Origin: a virus
Lineage: Duplodnaviria; Caudoviricetes
Virus record (IMG/VR): IMGVR_UViG_3300031992_000012
Location: 128,001-192,000 of that record
Direction: 5' to 3' (one strand)
DNA: 64,000 bases
Below are positions 20,654-28,947 of this stretch, piece by piece; positions within the stretch are counted from its first letter, which is position 1; every line of letters starts with the position of its first letter. The translations under genes were made by a program, and so were the position numbers. The notes beneath the pieces were generated by a model. The model saw only the letters and a list, made by a program, of their open reading frames with translations, was not told where the DNA came from and did no database searches.

Positions 20654-21661
20654 ATGAGAAACGCCTATAACGACAGTTCCGCCCTGAGGCATGAGGAGAT
20701 TTGCCGCCTCTACGGGCTTGATCCGACAGTCCATAATATAAAGGAAGCGGACGACTCTCCAAAGGCCCGCCATTTCGGGTGGCCGGCGGCCGAACGCTAT
20801 CCCATTGACACACCGGAGAGGACAAGGCTCTCCTGGGCGTACGCCAGCGAGGACGCCACGGGCCCCATGCGCGACAGCATCCTCGGCGCAATCAAGAAAG
20901 CCGCCGATTTCTGGGGTATCGAGCTCCCCGTCCGCAAGGAGGAGGAGAAAGAGAAGTCCTATGTCATCAAAATCAGCGGGGAAGGCTGGTCCGACAGCTA
21001 CGAAGTACGCAACCCGACGGAATTGAAGGCAATCGCGGAGCATGTCCGCAAGAACGCTTCCGACTTCTCTTATGACACCAAGCTACAGTTCGCCGACGGC
21101 ATCGTCTCGGCTCCCCGTTTCCTCAAGGAAAGGCTGGACGATGAGGACGTCAACTGGCTCCGTCGTGTCCGTGGTGAATTCCTTACCGACGGAAACTGCG
21201 TGAAAAAGGCCTGCGACGCCCGTGCACGCCATATCGAGGACTGCAAGAAGCCCGAATTGGGTAAAATCATCCGTGATTTGGGTACGAAAGCGGCCAGCAT
21301 GAGCGAAATGACTCCTGAATTGGTGCGTAAAGCCGCCTCCGCGTTCGATTTTGTCGACCGCGTGTGCGGTTTGACGCCTTTGTACGGCTCCAAAATGCTT
21401 AATTACCCGGAAATGTCCATTGAAGGCATGACTCCGGAAGCCCTGAAGTTCGCAACCGACAACGCGGTGTTCACTCCTACCGGTCGTATGACCTCCAGGA
21501 CCAGGATTGCCGTCCGTCGTAATGACATCAACGCGTTTTTCAGCAAGGTTTCCGGCGAGGACACCAGCAAGCTGGACATAAACGGCATCGTCACCCGCAT
21601 GCACCGTATGACGCCTGTGGAAGCCGACGCCTTCGAGGCGCTTCTGGGGGACAAGCTCTGA
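20654..21661 (+). CDS. hypothetical phage protein (possibly head-related)
   Basis: Likely start MRNAYND at 20654; contains FGWPAAERYPIDT. Confidence 0.6.
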   Translation: MRNAYNDSSALRHEEICRLYGLDPTVHNIKEADDSPKARHFGWPAAERYPIDTPERTRLSWAYASEDATGPMRDSILGAIKKAADFWGIELPVRKEEEKEKSYVIKISGEGWSDSYEVRNPTELKAIAEHVRKNASDFSYDTKLQFADGIVSAPRFLKERLDDEDVNWLRRVRGEFLTDGNCVKKACDARARHIEDCKKPELGKIIRDLGTKAASMSEMTPELVRKAASAFDFVDRVCGLTPLYGSKMLNYPEMSIEGMTPEALKFATDNAVFTPTGRMTSRTRIAVRRNDINAFFSKVSGEDTSKLDINGIVTRMHRMTPVEADAFEALLGDKL

Positions 21662-21662
21662 T

Positions 21663-22322
21663 ATGCGCAAACTCGATCTTTGGCAGAGCGACGAGGCGTT
21701 TGGTTCCTCCCTTCTTATTGCCTGCCTGGACGACTGGGGCTCCGAGTTCCTGAACTGGGAACCCGAGACCATGGAGATAACGGTAAGGGAGAAGTACGGG
21801 AAAGACGTACGGGACGACAACATCCTGCGTCTTCTGGCGGCTGTCTCCGTGTTTACCTCCGAACTTTTCTATGTTGACCTGAACGCTTTCTGCGCAGCCT
21901 GCACGGTTCTGGATTTTGAACGTACATCTGTCGACAAATTCGTCCCGGCAGGGCTCGACGAGATAATGTGGGGGCTTACTGAGGCCCGCATGTTGCTCGG
22001 CGGGATAGACCAGAGGAAGTTTTCCGACGAGGTGGCCCTCTACACGGGCAAATTGCTTGAGGAGGAGGGCATCGAAAACCCGCCCGATGCGTTAAAGTAT
22101 GCGAAGCGAGTCATGCAGGGCACCTCGGCGGACACGCTCGCCGACCTACCGGACCTGGCGCAGATGTTCCAGGAGGACCAGGAACTAACCAAGGAAGAGC
22201 TAGACCGTGGTGCCATGGAAAAGCTAGCAAGACTCCTTGACCAGATAAACGAACTCAAGCTGGACACATCCGACCTCTCTGAGTTCAAGGAAATGCTGAA
22301 CCGGATGAAGGAAGGAAAATGA
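21663..22322 (+). CDS. hypothetical acidic protein
   Basis: 219 aa ORF. Confidence 0.6.
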   Translation: MRKLDLWQSDEAFGSSLLIACLDDWGSEFLNWEPETMEITVREKYGKDVRDDNILRLLAAVSVFTSELFYVDLNAFCAACTVLDFERTSVDKFVPAGLDEIMWGLTEARMLLGGIDQRKFSDEVALYTGKLLEEEGIENPPDALKYAKRVMQGTSADTLADLPDLAQMFQEDQELTKEELDRGAMEKLARLLDQINELKLDTSDLSEFKEMLNRMKEGK

Positions 22323-22690
22323 GCCAGCCAGGGATGCAGATGATACCAGGTCAGCGGCCCGACCCGCTGGCGCAAGGCGACTACCTGATGGACGGCGCCG
22401 GGCCTTTCGCAATGGCGGATGCAATGGCCGCCCAACAGGCGGAAGGCGGGCAGACAGCCGACCAGCAGGAGGCCGAAAAGCAGATTCTCGACCGTTTGAA
22501 GCAGGAGCAGGAGCGTCTGGGCAACTCCAACAAGATTAAGGAAATGTCCCTTAAACTTGTCGAGGAGATGCAGAAGGCGCAGGAGCTCGAAGCGAGGATG
22601 CAGGAGCACCCGGAAGTCGAGGATATGGTAATGCAGCTTCTTCAGGAACAGGACCAAGAAGATAACACAGAAGGAACGATTGAACAATGA
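22319..22690 (+). CDS. Gln/Glu-rich coiled-coil protein
   Basis: 123 aa coupled ORF. Confidence 0.55.
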   Translation: MSQPGMQMIPGQRPDPLAQGDYLMDGAGPFAMADAMAAQQAEGGQTADQQEAEKQILDRLKQEQERLGNSNKIKEMSLKLVEEMQKAQELEARMQEHPEVEDMVMQLLQEQDQEDNTEGTIEQ

Positions 22691-23139
22691 ACGAGTTTTT
22701 CAATTTGGCGGCCAAAATCGCCTATGACAACAGAATCGCGGCCAAGGAAGCCGGTGAAAAGTGGGACAAAATCAAGGCCGCTGCCAGCAAGGCGGGAGAA
22801 AAGGCCAAGACCATCGCCAAAAACCCGCATTTCCAAAAGGGCGCTGCATCAGTGGCTGCCGGAACAACTGCCGGTGTAGCCGGAAAAATGCTTGGAATGA
22901 GTGGTAAGGGTGCTCTCGGTCTAGGTGCCGGCGTTGCTGCTGGTACTGAAGCGGGTCTCGAAGGCGGTCCTGCGCTTGTAAAAGCGATCAAAGACCGTAT
23001 TAATAGTAAGAAATCCAAAGTCGACCCGACTCTGGGATTGAGAAAGGTTGAAGGAACAAATCTGACTACACACAAGGACTACTTGGCGCCGGAAGCGAAG
23101 AAAGAAAAAAGACCCGGGCCTTTTAAAGAAAACCTTTAA
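22687..23139 (+). CDS. basic Gly/Ala-rich protein (internal/ejection protein-like)
   Basis: 150 aa with a glycine-zipper-like segment. Confidence 0.5.
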   Translation: MNEFFNLAAKIAYDNRIAAKEAGEKWDKIKAAASKAGEKAKTIAKNPHFQKGAASVAAGTTAGVAGKMLGMSGKGALGLGAGVAAGTEAGLEGGPALVKAIKDRINSKKSKVDPTLGLRKVEGTNLTTHKDYLAPEAKKEKRPGPFKENL

Positions 23140-23150
23140 TAAGATGTAAT

Positions 23151-23188
23151 AGAGCCCCCGGAGATTACTTCGGGGGCTTTACTTTTTA
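23151..23188 (+). terminator. intrinsic terminator
   Basis: GAGCCCCCGGA/TCGGGGGCTT stem followed by a T-rich tract, between convergent genes. Confidence 0.75.
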
Positions 23189-23248
23189 CAACGCGTTGGA
23201 AAATTGCCAAAATTGGCCGATTTTTGACCGAAAAATTGCCAAAAACGC

Positions 23249-23701
23249 CTATTCTTCTGATTTCGCGGCGTTTATAACCTTCTTATCGCGTTCTATTTGC
23301 GCTTTTTGAGCCTTTTTCTGGGCTTCGACGGCCGCTTCGACCTCTTTTTGGGCCAGTTCACTCTTGTTCATGGCCTCGTAAAGCTTTCTTTCTATCTCGA
23401 TCAGCATCTCGCTGACCGATTTTTGGTCTTTCAGAGGCACTTTTTTGAGAACATAGCGCATCCGCATGAGTCTCGCGGCCATTTCCTCGTACGTGAAGAA
23501 CACGGAATCGCGTAAATCCGTCACAGAGGGCTTCAAATAGACCACAAAACCGATGCCGGTGTCCTCGATTGAGCGGATTCTGGTGTACTCCTGCTCCACC
23601 GAGCCCGTTTCTCTGGCGACGGAATCACCTTTAAGAGCCTCGTTTTGGGCAATTTCAGACGATCTGACCGTCTTTTTGCCGTCAGCACCAAGAATTTGCA
23701 T
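23249..23701 (-). CDS. hypothetical protein
   Basis: Start MQILGADG preceded by AGGAGG on the minus strand. Confidence 0.6.
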   Translation of the reverse strand: MQILGADGKKTVRSSEIAQNEALKGDSVARETGSVEQEYTRIRSIEDTGIGFVVYLKPSVTDLRDSVFFTYEEMAARLMRMRYVLKKVPLKDQKSVSEMLIEIERKLYEAMNKSELAQKEVEAAVEAQKKAQKAQIERDKKVINAAKSEE

Positions 23702-23733
23702 GTAAAATCCTCCTTTTTGGCCTGAAAAGGCCC

Positions 23734-25476
23734 TTATTTCCAGTTTTCCCTGTTGTCGTAACGCGAAATAAGCGAGCCGAGTGACGGTCTGCGCTGATTT
23801 ATGTACCAAGCGGCGTTCGCCGCGAGGTTGATTGCATGCGCCGTATCGTCCGGATGGGTGCCCATTCGCGTTATAAGTCGTATTTCGCCGCAGTTCTGAG
23901 TCTTTCTAATGTCCTCGCCGAGGGCAAGGAAGTCGTCAAGAAGGTCGGAGCACGTACTATACTCCGGCAACAGCAGTTGTTTTGCCTTGATTGCGCCTAA
24001 AGACAACGCTAGAGAGCGTGTTTTATCCAGTGTGTAATACCCCGAACGCCCTCCGGACGGCGGCATGAAGCGCAAAGTATCCTGTCTGGGCGCCCACATG
24101 TACACCAAAGGCACCGTTGTGATGCCTGTCCCGGACATTTCCTGTATCAGCATCTCCTCCTTCACCGCTCCGGCGCCCGTTCCGTCATGCGCTATGATGT
24201 CGCATCCGAATTCTCCGGCCAGAGATACCGCTTTTCCTATCTGTTCGGGCGTGGAAACGCCGAGGGGAACCTTATAGATGTATAAAACTTCCATCGCTTC
24301 CCGCATCGGATGAATGCCAAGGACTGCCATGACAGTGAAAGACTCCCCATCAAGTCCGTATCCACCCCAGTCAACTCCTAGAATTCGTTGTGCAAAGGAC
24401 TTTGTTACGCTCAAGGCAGCTTCCATTGTATTAGGACGACCAGTAGTTGCGCTTTCAAGGTCTCCTCGTGTAACAAGACGGACGGCTTCATCACAAGGCT
24501 CGCCTAGACATTCGTTCTTGAACTGCGCCGATGGGTATTCCGCCATCTTTTTAAGCAGTTCCTGCCATTTGGCCTCCGATGTGCAATGTAGCGGGTGTGT
24601 AACCTGCGATAGATGGAACCCATCAAATGCCGCTCTACGTTCGGGATGCCGGAATGAAAAGTAGCTGTGTCTAACATCCAGGGGTTTTCCACATTTCGCG
24701 CAGACACATGTATGCTTTCCAATCATCCTCTGAAGGTCATATTCCAGCGAACCTATGTTTTCCTTGTGACAGTGTTCACAACGAATAGTCACCTCTCCCA
24801 TCGAGGATTTATTGAAATAATAGGGAAGCGTCCCGTCTGTAAGTTTAGGCGTTCCTGTAAACAGGTATGTACCGCCTTCGCGAACAGCGGACATTGTTTC
24901 CGCAGCGATGTTTATGACATCGACCTCCATGTCATCCGCTTCGTCACACACCATTAATTTCACACTGCTAACTCCGCGAATACGGCCAGCATCTGTGCCG
25001 ATATACGCAAAATGAACGCGGCTTCCGGAGCAAAACTCACGAATGAGCATGGAGTTATTGCATTTGTTGTTTATGAAGTAGTTTGCTATGAAAGATTGCG
25101 CCACCATGTTTCGGAAGGTGATGTTGGATATGTTCCTGACCTGGGAAAACTGAGGTTCGCATATCATCATGTGGTTGTTAGGTATAAGCCCGCATCGCAG
25201 AATACAACTACTAACCAGCCCTTGTGACTTGCCGACCTGACGCCCTGTCATAAGCACCATGCGCCGTGGCATTCTCAGCCGGTACAGCGGTTCAAGCTGG
25301 AAATGGAACTTAAGGGAATACGGATGCCCCTCGAAGCGGAGAAGCGGCAGGAACGTCGCAAGAGTCGGTTCCTTGTCCCTTTTGCTGAGGGTTATGAGGT
25401 TCTTGACTATTTCCGGTACGCTCGCACCCACCTTTATGCCGGTGTCGCTCTCGCCCGGAACCCACAGGTCTTCCAT
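23734..25476 (-). CDS. terL: terminase large subunit (GpA-like)
   Basis: Walker A TGRQVGKS, Walker B MVCDEAD, coupling motif TGTP, Zn-binding CxxC pairs, nuclease GVDWG and HPDDTAHA. Confidence 0.9.
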   Translation of the reverse strand: MEDLWVPGESDTGIKVGASVPEIVKNLITLSKRDKEPTLATFLPLLRFEGHPYSLKFHFQLEPLYRLRMPRRMVLMTGRQVGKSQGLVSSCILRCGLIPNNHMMICEPQFSQVRNISNITFRNMVAQSFIANYFINNKCNNSMLIREFCSGSRVHFAYIGTDAGRIRGVSSVKLMVCDEADDMEVDVINIAAETMSAVREGGTYLFTGTPKLTDGTLPYYFNKSSMGEVTIRCEHCHKENIGSLEYDLQRMIGKHTCVCAKCGKPLDVRHSYFSFRHPERRAAFDGFHLSQVTHPLHCTSEAKWQELLKKMAEYPSAQFKNECLGEPCDEAVRLVTRGDLESATTGRPNTMEAALSVTKSFAQRILGVDWGGYGLDGESFTVMAVLGIHPMREAMEVLYIYKVPLGVSTPEQIGKAVSLAGEFGCDIIAHDGTGAGAVKEEMLIQEMSGTGITTVPLVYMWAPRQDTLRFMPPSGGRSGYYTLDKTRSLALSLGAIKAKQLLLPEYSTCSDLLDDFLALGEDIRKTQNCGEIRLITRMGTHPDDTAHAINLAANAAWYINQRRPSLGSLISRYDNRENWK

Positions 25477-25657
25477 GTTGCCCTTTCCTTGTTATATTAG
25501 ATAAAAACAGCAATAAAATGCGTAATAATGACTTGCGATTGCAAGTAGTCCCTAAAAGGGCTATTTGTGCTGACATCGCAAAACCAGAACCGTAAACCCG
25601 GTTCTTTTCTTTAGTACGTAAATTACAGCGGGTTCCACAGATGGCAAACCCGCCATA

Positions 25658-25765
25658 GGTTGTCGGGCTTCTTGAAGGCATCCTTCAAGGCGGCGCATGC
25701 TGTTCACATCTCTGTCTTCTACAGCCGGCTGCGAGCCGGCTTCCGCAGATGGTTAAAGGACAACC
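25658..25765 (+). ncRNA. retron msr-msd-like unit 1
   Basis: Closing arms GGTTGTC/GACAACC, G25665, hairpin CTTGAAGG-CAT-CCTTCAAG, short stem AGCCGGCT-GCG-AGCCGGCT, AAAG before the 3' arm. Confidence 0.7.
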
Positions 25766-25781
25766 GTTGATTTTGTTTAAA

Positions 25782-25936
25782 GCCGTAAATGATACCGTCA
25801 CGGGAATCCCGTGACCGGCGTAGTGTTTCCTGGGGATTTTCATAAGCCCTTCCCCGGGTACCCGCCGTGAACCCCTCCCTTCGCTCCCGCTTCACGGCGG
25901 GTACCCGGGGAAGGGCTTTACTGTAAAGATTTCGGC
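25782..25936 (+). ncRNA. retron msr-msd-like unit 2
   Basis: GCCGTAAAT/ATTTCGGC, G25791, GTCACGGG-AAT-CCCGTGAC, perfect 28-bp stem 25844-25871/25891-25918, AAAG. Confidence 0.8.
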
Positions 25937-25949
25937 ATTGACTATAATT

Positions 25950-26128
25950 AAGGCATTGAAGAACGCCGGGGAATCCCCGGCGGGTGAAAAAGCCGGCCGC
26001 CATCAGATTCTCTTATCTGTAGGGACCGGCACTCCACGTTCGCCCGAACTTTATCCGGATTCCATCCGGAACAGTTCGAGGCTCAGTTACGGCTGGTCCC
26101 TACAGAACGCTCAAATGAAGAATGCCTT
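25950..26128 (+). ncRNA. retron msr-msd-like unit 3
   Basis: AAGGCATT/AATGCCTT, G25958, CGCCGGGG-AAT-CCCCGGCG, long stem CTGTAGGGACCGGC.../...GCTGGTCCCTACAG, GAAG. Confidence 0.8.
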
Positions 26129-26141
26129 TTGGTTTAACACG

Positions 26142-26291
26142 AGTAGTTGGAAAAGCCACGGGCTGCCCGTGGCGCCGAAGATGCCAGGTCCTAATGGCGC
26201 ATCTTCACCCGCAACTCGAGCTGGAGCCGCCTCCTGGGGCAGGAGGCGGAGCCAGCTCGAGTGTCGGCTTACAGATGAGTAAAGAACTACT
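26142..26291 (+). ncRNA. retron msr-msd-like unit 4
   Basis: AGTAGTT/AACTACT, G26149, GCCACGGG-CTG-CCCGTGGC, stem ACTCGAGCTGG.../...CCAGCTCGAGT, AAAG. Confidence 0.8.
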
Positions 26292-26293
26292 TG

Positions 26294-26486
26294 ACGATGT
26301 TTGGGATTTGTCGCAGGCATCCTGCGACGCACAGATTGGTCGGTGGGAATTCAGTCCAGGCTCCACCAATCCGGATACCTTGAGGCAGGCTACGCGGCCA
26401 ATCGCCTGTCTCCGTCAAGACAGGCACGGCCAGCTCGCCTGCCTCAAGGTATCGCTACTGGTTCCGTGTGTATAAGGAAACATCGT
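26294..26486 (+). ncRNA. retron msr-msd-like unit 5
   Basis: ACGATGTTT/AAACATCGT, G26303, GTCGCAGG-CAT-CCTGCGAC, 17-bp stem GATACCTTGAGGCAGGC/GCCTGCCTCAAGGTATC, AAGG. Confidence 0.8.
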
Positions 26487-26503
26487 GTATATTTAATTTC
26501 TGC

Positions 26504-26580
26504 GCAGGCATGGCTGAGTGGTCAAAGGCGCCGGACTGCAAATCCGTTAGTCACTGGTTCAAATCCAGTTGCCTGCTCCA
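26504..26580 (+). tRNA. tRNA-Cys(GCA)
   Basis: Cloverleaf, anticodon loop CT-GCA-AA, T-loop TTCAAAT, encoded CCA. Confidence 0.9.
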
Positions 26581-26590
26581 AGCTCTTTTT

Positions 26591-26682
26591 GGTGGGTCTT
26601 CCCCTCGCCGGTCTGTAAAACCGGTGTCCATGAAACAGAGGGGTCAGTTTGACGAGTGGGGCGGAACCACGACCCGCCACCA
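26591..26682 (+). tRNA. non-canonical tRNA-like RNA, anticodon GTA (Tyr)
   Basis: GGTGGGTC/GACCCGCC acceptor plus ACCA, anticodon arm CCGGT-CTGTAAA-ACCGG, no normal D arm, atypical T loop. Confidence 0.55.
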
Positions 26683-26689
26683 TCTTTAC

Positions 26690-26762
26690 GGTTTCGTAGC
26701 TCAGTCGGTAGAGCAGCGGACTCTTAATCCGTCGGTCCTCGGTTCAAGCCCGAGCGAAGCCA
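26690..26762 (+). tRNA. tRNA-Lys(CTT)
   Basis: Canonical cloverleaf, CT-CTT-AA loop. Confidence 0.9.
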
Positions 26763-26769
26763 TCATATA

Positions 26770-26844
26770 GGCCTTGTAGTACAGTGGTCAGTATGCGCGG
26801 CTGTCTACCGCGCGACATGGGTTCAAATCCCGTCAAGGTCGCCA
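26770..26844 (+). tRNA. tRNA-Asp(GTC)
   Basis: Cloverleaf, CGCGG-CTGTCTA-CCGCG, GCCA end. Confidence 0.9.
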
Positions 26845-26853
26845 GTTTTATTT

Positions 26854-26940
26854 CGGCGAGTAAGCTCAGCGGTCTTATAAGCCGTGCGTTTATAATCGAG
26901 CAGCGGTTGCATGCAGGTCCGACTCCTGCCTCGCCGACCA
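26854..26940 (+). tRNA. non-canonical tRNA-like RNA, anticodon TAT (Ile)
   Basis: CGGCGAG/CTCGCCG plus ACCA, GCGGT-CTTATAA-GCCGT, T arm GCAGG-TCCGACT-CCTGC, only 8 nt where the D arm should be. Confidence 0.6.
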
Positions 26941-26950
26941 AAGCTCTAGT

Positions 26951-27026
26951 TCCAGCGTAGCTCAGTTGGTAGAGTAAGTGGCCGTTAACCACAAGGTCGC
27001 AGGTTCAAAACCTGCCGCTGGAGCCA
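26951..27026 (+). tRNA. tRNA-Asn(GTT)
   Basis: Cloverleaf, CC-GTT-AA loop, GCCA end. Confidence 0.88.
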
Positions 27027-27135
27027 GTTTGTCCCCCGTCCGTGTTTCCCTTTGTTTGACGATTCAAAAAGTAAACGTGCCTGTTTATCTCTGAATTGGT
27101 GGTTGATGTTAGTTCCCGGACGGGGGACTTTTCAA

Positions 27136-27225
27136 GGAAGGATGCCGGAGTTGGTCTAACGGAACGGACTGCTAATCCGTGGGGATTCAATGCCCGCCTG
27201 AGTTCGAATCTCAGTCCTTCCGCCA
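27136..27225 (+). tRNA. tRNA-Ser(GCT)
   Basis: Long variable arm, CT-GCT-AA loop, GCCA end. Confidence 0.9.
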
Positions 27226-27235
27226 TTCGTTTACC

Positions 27236-27307
27236 GCCTTCGTAGCACAGCGGCAGTGCAGGCGCCTTGTAAGCGCCAGGTCCTCGGTTCAAATCCGAGC
27301 GAAGGCT
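27236..27307 (+). tRNA. tRNA-Thr(TGT)
   Basis: Cloverleaf, GGCGC-CTTGTAA-GCGCC. Confidence 0.9.
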
Positions 27308-27311
27308 TCAT

Positions 27312-27402
27312 GGAGGGATGCAGGAGTGGTTTATCTGGCCGGTCCCGAAAACCGGTGTGCGCCTCAAAACGCCCCTGGGTTCGAATCCCAGTCCCTCCGC
27401 CA
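27312..27402 (+). tRNA. tRNA-Ser(CGA)
   Basis: Long variable arm, CC-CGA-AA loop, GCCA end. Confidence 0.88.
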
Positions 27403-27660
27403 TAGATTTCATCACAAGCAGGAAAGGGTTCTTTTTACCTCTCTTCAATCTCATCTGTTTTTGAACCTCTTGACTGTTTGACGATGAAAAAGAAAGCAGG
27501 CTTAATGGGAGAGGCGAGCTCCCCTGCGTTCCCGTGGTAACAGCGGGGCAACGTGGTAGTTTAAATTGCGTAAAGAACGCCTGCGGGCATTTCCGCCGTA
27601 CGCATAAGGGAGTCCCGTCATACCTCCTCCCGCAGCGCAACCTTCGGCGGCTTTTGCGAC

Positions 27661-27694
27661 GACCCGTCCATCAGAAACGAGGACGGGTCTTTTT
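27661..27694 (+). terminator. intrinsic terminator closing the first array/tRNA transcript
   Basis: GACCCGTCC/GGACGGGTC followed by TTTTT. Confidence 0.7.
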
Positions 27695-27753
27695 GTACGA
27701 ATGGCTACGACCGGCCTTCGTGATATTCCGATGAACCCACATATGTCCGACGC

Positions 27754-27782
27754 TTGATTGACAGGTCGTCCCGATGTAGAAT
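27754..27782 (+). promoter_or_regulatory. sigma70-like promoter upstream of array block 2
   Basis: TTGATT-17 nt-TAGAAT, located just after the terminator. Confidence 0.5.
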
Positions 27783-27827
27783 AAGCTCCACTGAGTCGAA
27801 ACAGACGTAACAAGGAGCGCAATCAAC

Positions 27828-27977
27828 ATGACAAGGGCAGACGACTATTTGGCGGCGAAAGGACATAGGACACTCCTCCTGAACGGCGGTGAAACTTCGT
27901 ATACGAGCGGAAACGTCCGTTCACTCGGAGTAAAGAGGAAGACTGTGAAAGATGGGGTCAAAGGAAGACAGGATTGA
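27828..27977 (+). CDS. small basic protein (49 aa)
   Basis: AAGGAG RBS; MTRADDYLAAKGHRTLLLNGG...; not in the ORF track. Confidence 0.5.
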   Translation: MTRADDYLAAKGHRTLLLNGGETSYTSGNVRSLGVKRKTVKDGVKGRQD

Positions 27978-28089
27978 ATTCAATGTGCCAGGAGTGGTCG
28001 TGCTTCTGGCGCTTGCGCTGTTCTTCCCGGTGGAAACGCTGCTGATGTGTGCGTTGGCCGGGTTGCTGTGGCGCGCGATGGGCGATTAG
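27952..28089 (+). CDS. small membrane protein (45 aa)
   Basis: MGSKEDRIEFNVPGVVVLLALALFFPVETLLMCALAGLLWRAMGD; not in the ORF track. Confidence 0.5.
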   Translation: MGSKEDRIEFNVPGVVVLLALALFFPVETLLMCALAGLLWRAMGD

Positions 28090-28104
28090 GAAAGATGTCG
28101 CCCT

Positions 28105-28297
28105 CTGGGTTTTGAGGAACACCGGGGATTCCCCGGTGGACGCGCAAAGGCGGTTGGAATTGCAGAAGCCTTACGGACTTCAGCTTATGAAGAGTACACC
28201 CGGAAAGAATATGTCATCCAAGGCTTTGTATGACATCCTTTCCGAGTCCACTCCTCACCGCTGAAGACCGACGGCTTCCCGTATTAAGAACACCCAG
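28105..28297 (+). ncRNA. retron msr-msd-like unit 6
   Basis: CTGGGTTTT/AACACCCAG, G28114, CACCGGGG-ATT-CCCCGGTG, long bulged stem ~28165-28278, TAAG. Confidence 0.75.
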
Positions 28298-28318
28298 GAA
28301 AAACTTCGTGACTGGTAT

Positions 28319-28545
28319 CCTGCTCGATGCTTCCCTATCGGGTTGTGAGCCCTGAAGACGGCAATGGCGCATTTGTGGCCATTACCGTGCCCGCGACAGG
28401 GGTTTTGTTTGATTTTACCCTGTCCCTGCCTGCCTGTGAGCAGCCATCCATTGAGGGGGCCTGCTCGGTCGCCGCTGGCCGAAACTCCACAGCTAGTAGA
28501 AGGCGGCGATCGTCCCCGAGGCGCGTCATAGGGGAGTATCGCAGG
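28319..28545 (+). ncRNA. multi-branch structured RNA of unknown class
   Basis: CCTGCTCGATGCTTCCCTAT pairs with ATAGGGGAGTATCGCAGG and encloses at least 4 hairpins. Confidence 0.5.
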
Positions 28546-28574
28546 CAAACGCGTCCTTTGATTAATCTGGAGTA

Positions 28575-28759
28575 AGCTTGAACTTCGCCAGGGCAACCCT
28601 GGCGTGTCGCACTTGCATGTGACATTCAACGGCTTTTCCAGAAGAACGTATTCGCGTCTCAAGTCGCCGATCGATAGACGAACACGCTGCACTCGTTCAT
28701 CTCTCGATCGGCGACCAACCGTCGCGATACTTACTTCTGGATTAAGCTCTAAAGAAGCC
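28575..28759 (+). ncRNA. retron msr-msd-like unit 7
   Basis: Short arms GCTT/AAGC, G28580, CGCCAGGG-CAA-CCCTGGCG, long stem including GTCGCCGATCGA/TCGATCGGCGAC, AAAG. Confidence 0.7.
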
Positions 28760-28774
28760 CCTACCCTTTAATAC

Positions 28775-28942
28775 AATGTTTGGACATGCCATGGCATCCA
28801 TGGCGGTTCCCGTCGGAACAGTCAATACGGCGAGCGCACTACGGACCTAGTCCGGAAGCTTCACGTTATTTAACACGGAAGTTAAATAACCTTCCAGCTT
28901 CCGGACTCAGTCCACCGTGCTTGCCCATTTCAAAGAAACATT
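28775..28942 (+). ncRNA. retron msr-msd-like unit 8
   Basis: AATGTTT/AAACATT, G28782, GCCATGG-CAT-CCATGGC, stem AGTCCGGAAGCT...GTTATTTAAC/GTTAAATAAC...AGCTTCCGGACT, AAAG. Confidence 0.8.
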
Positions 28943-28947
28943 CAAAA

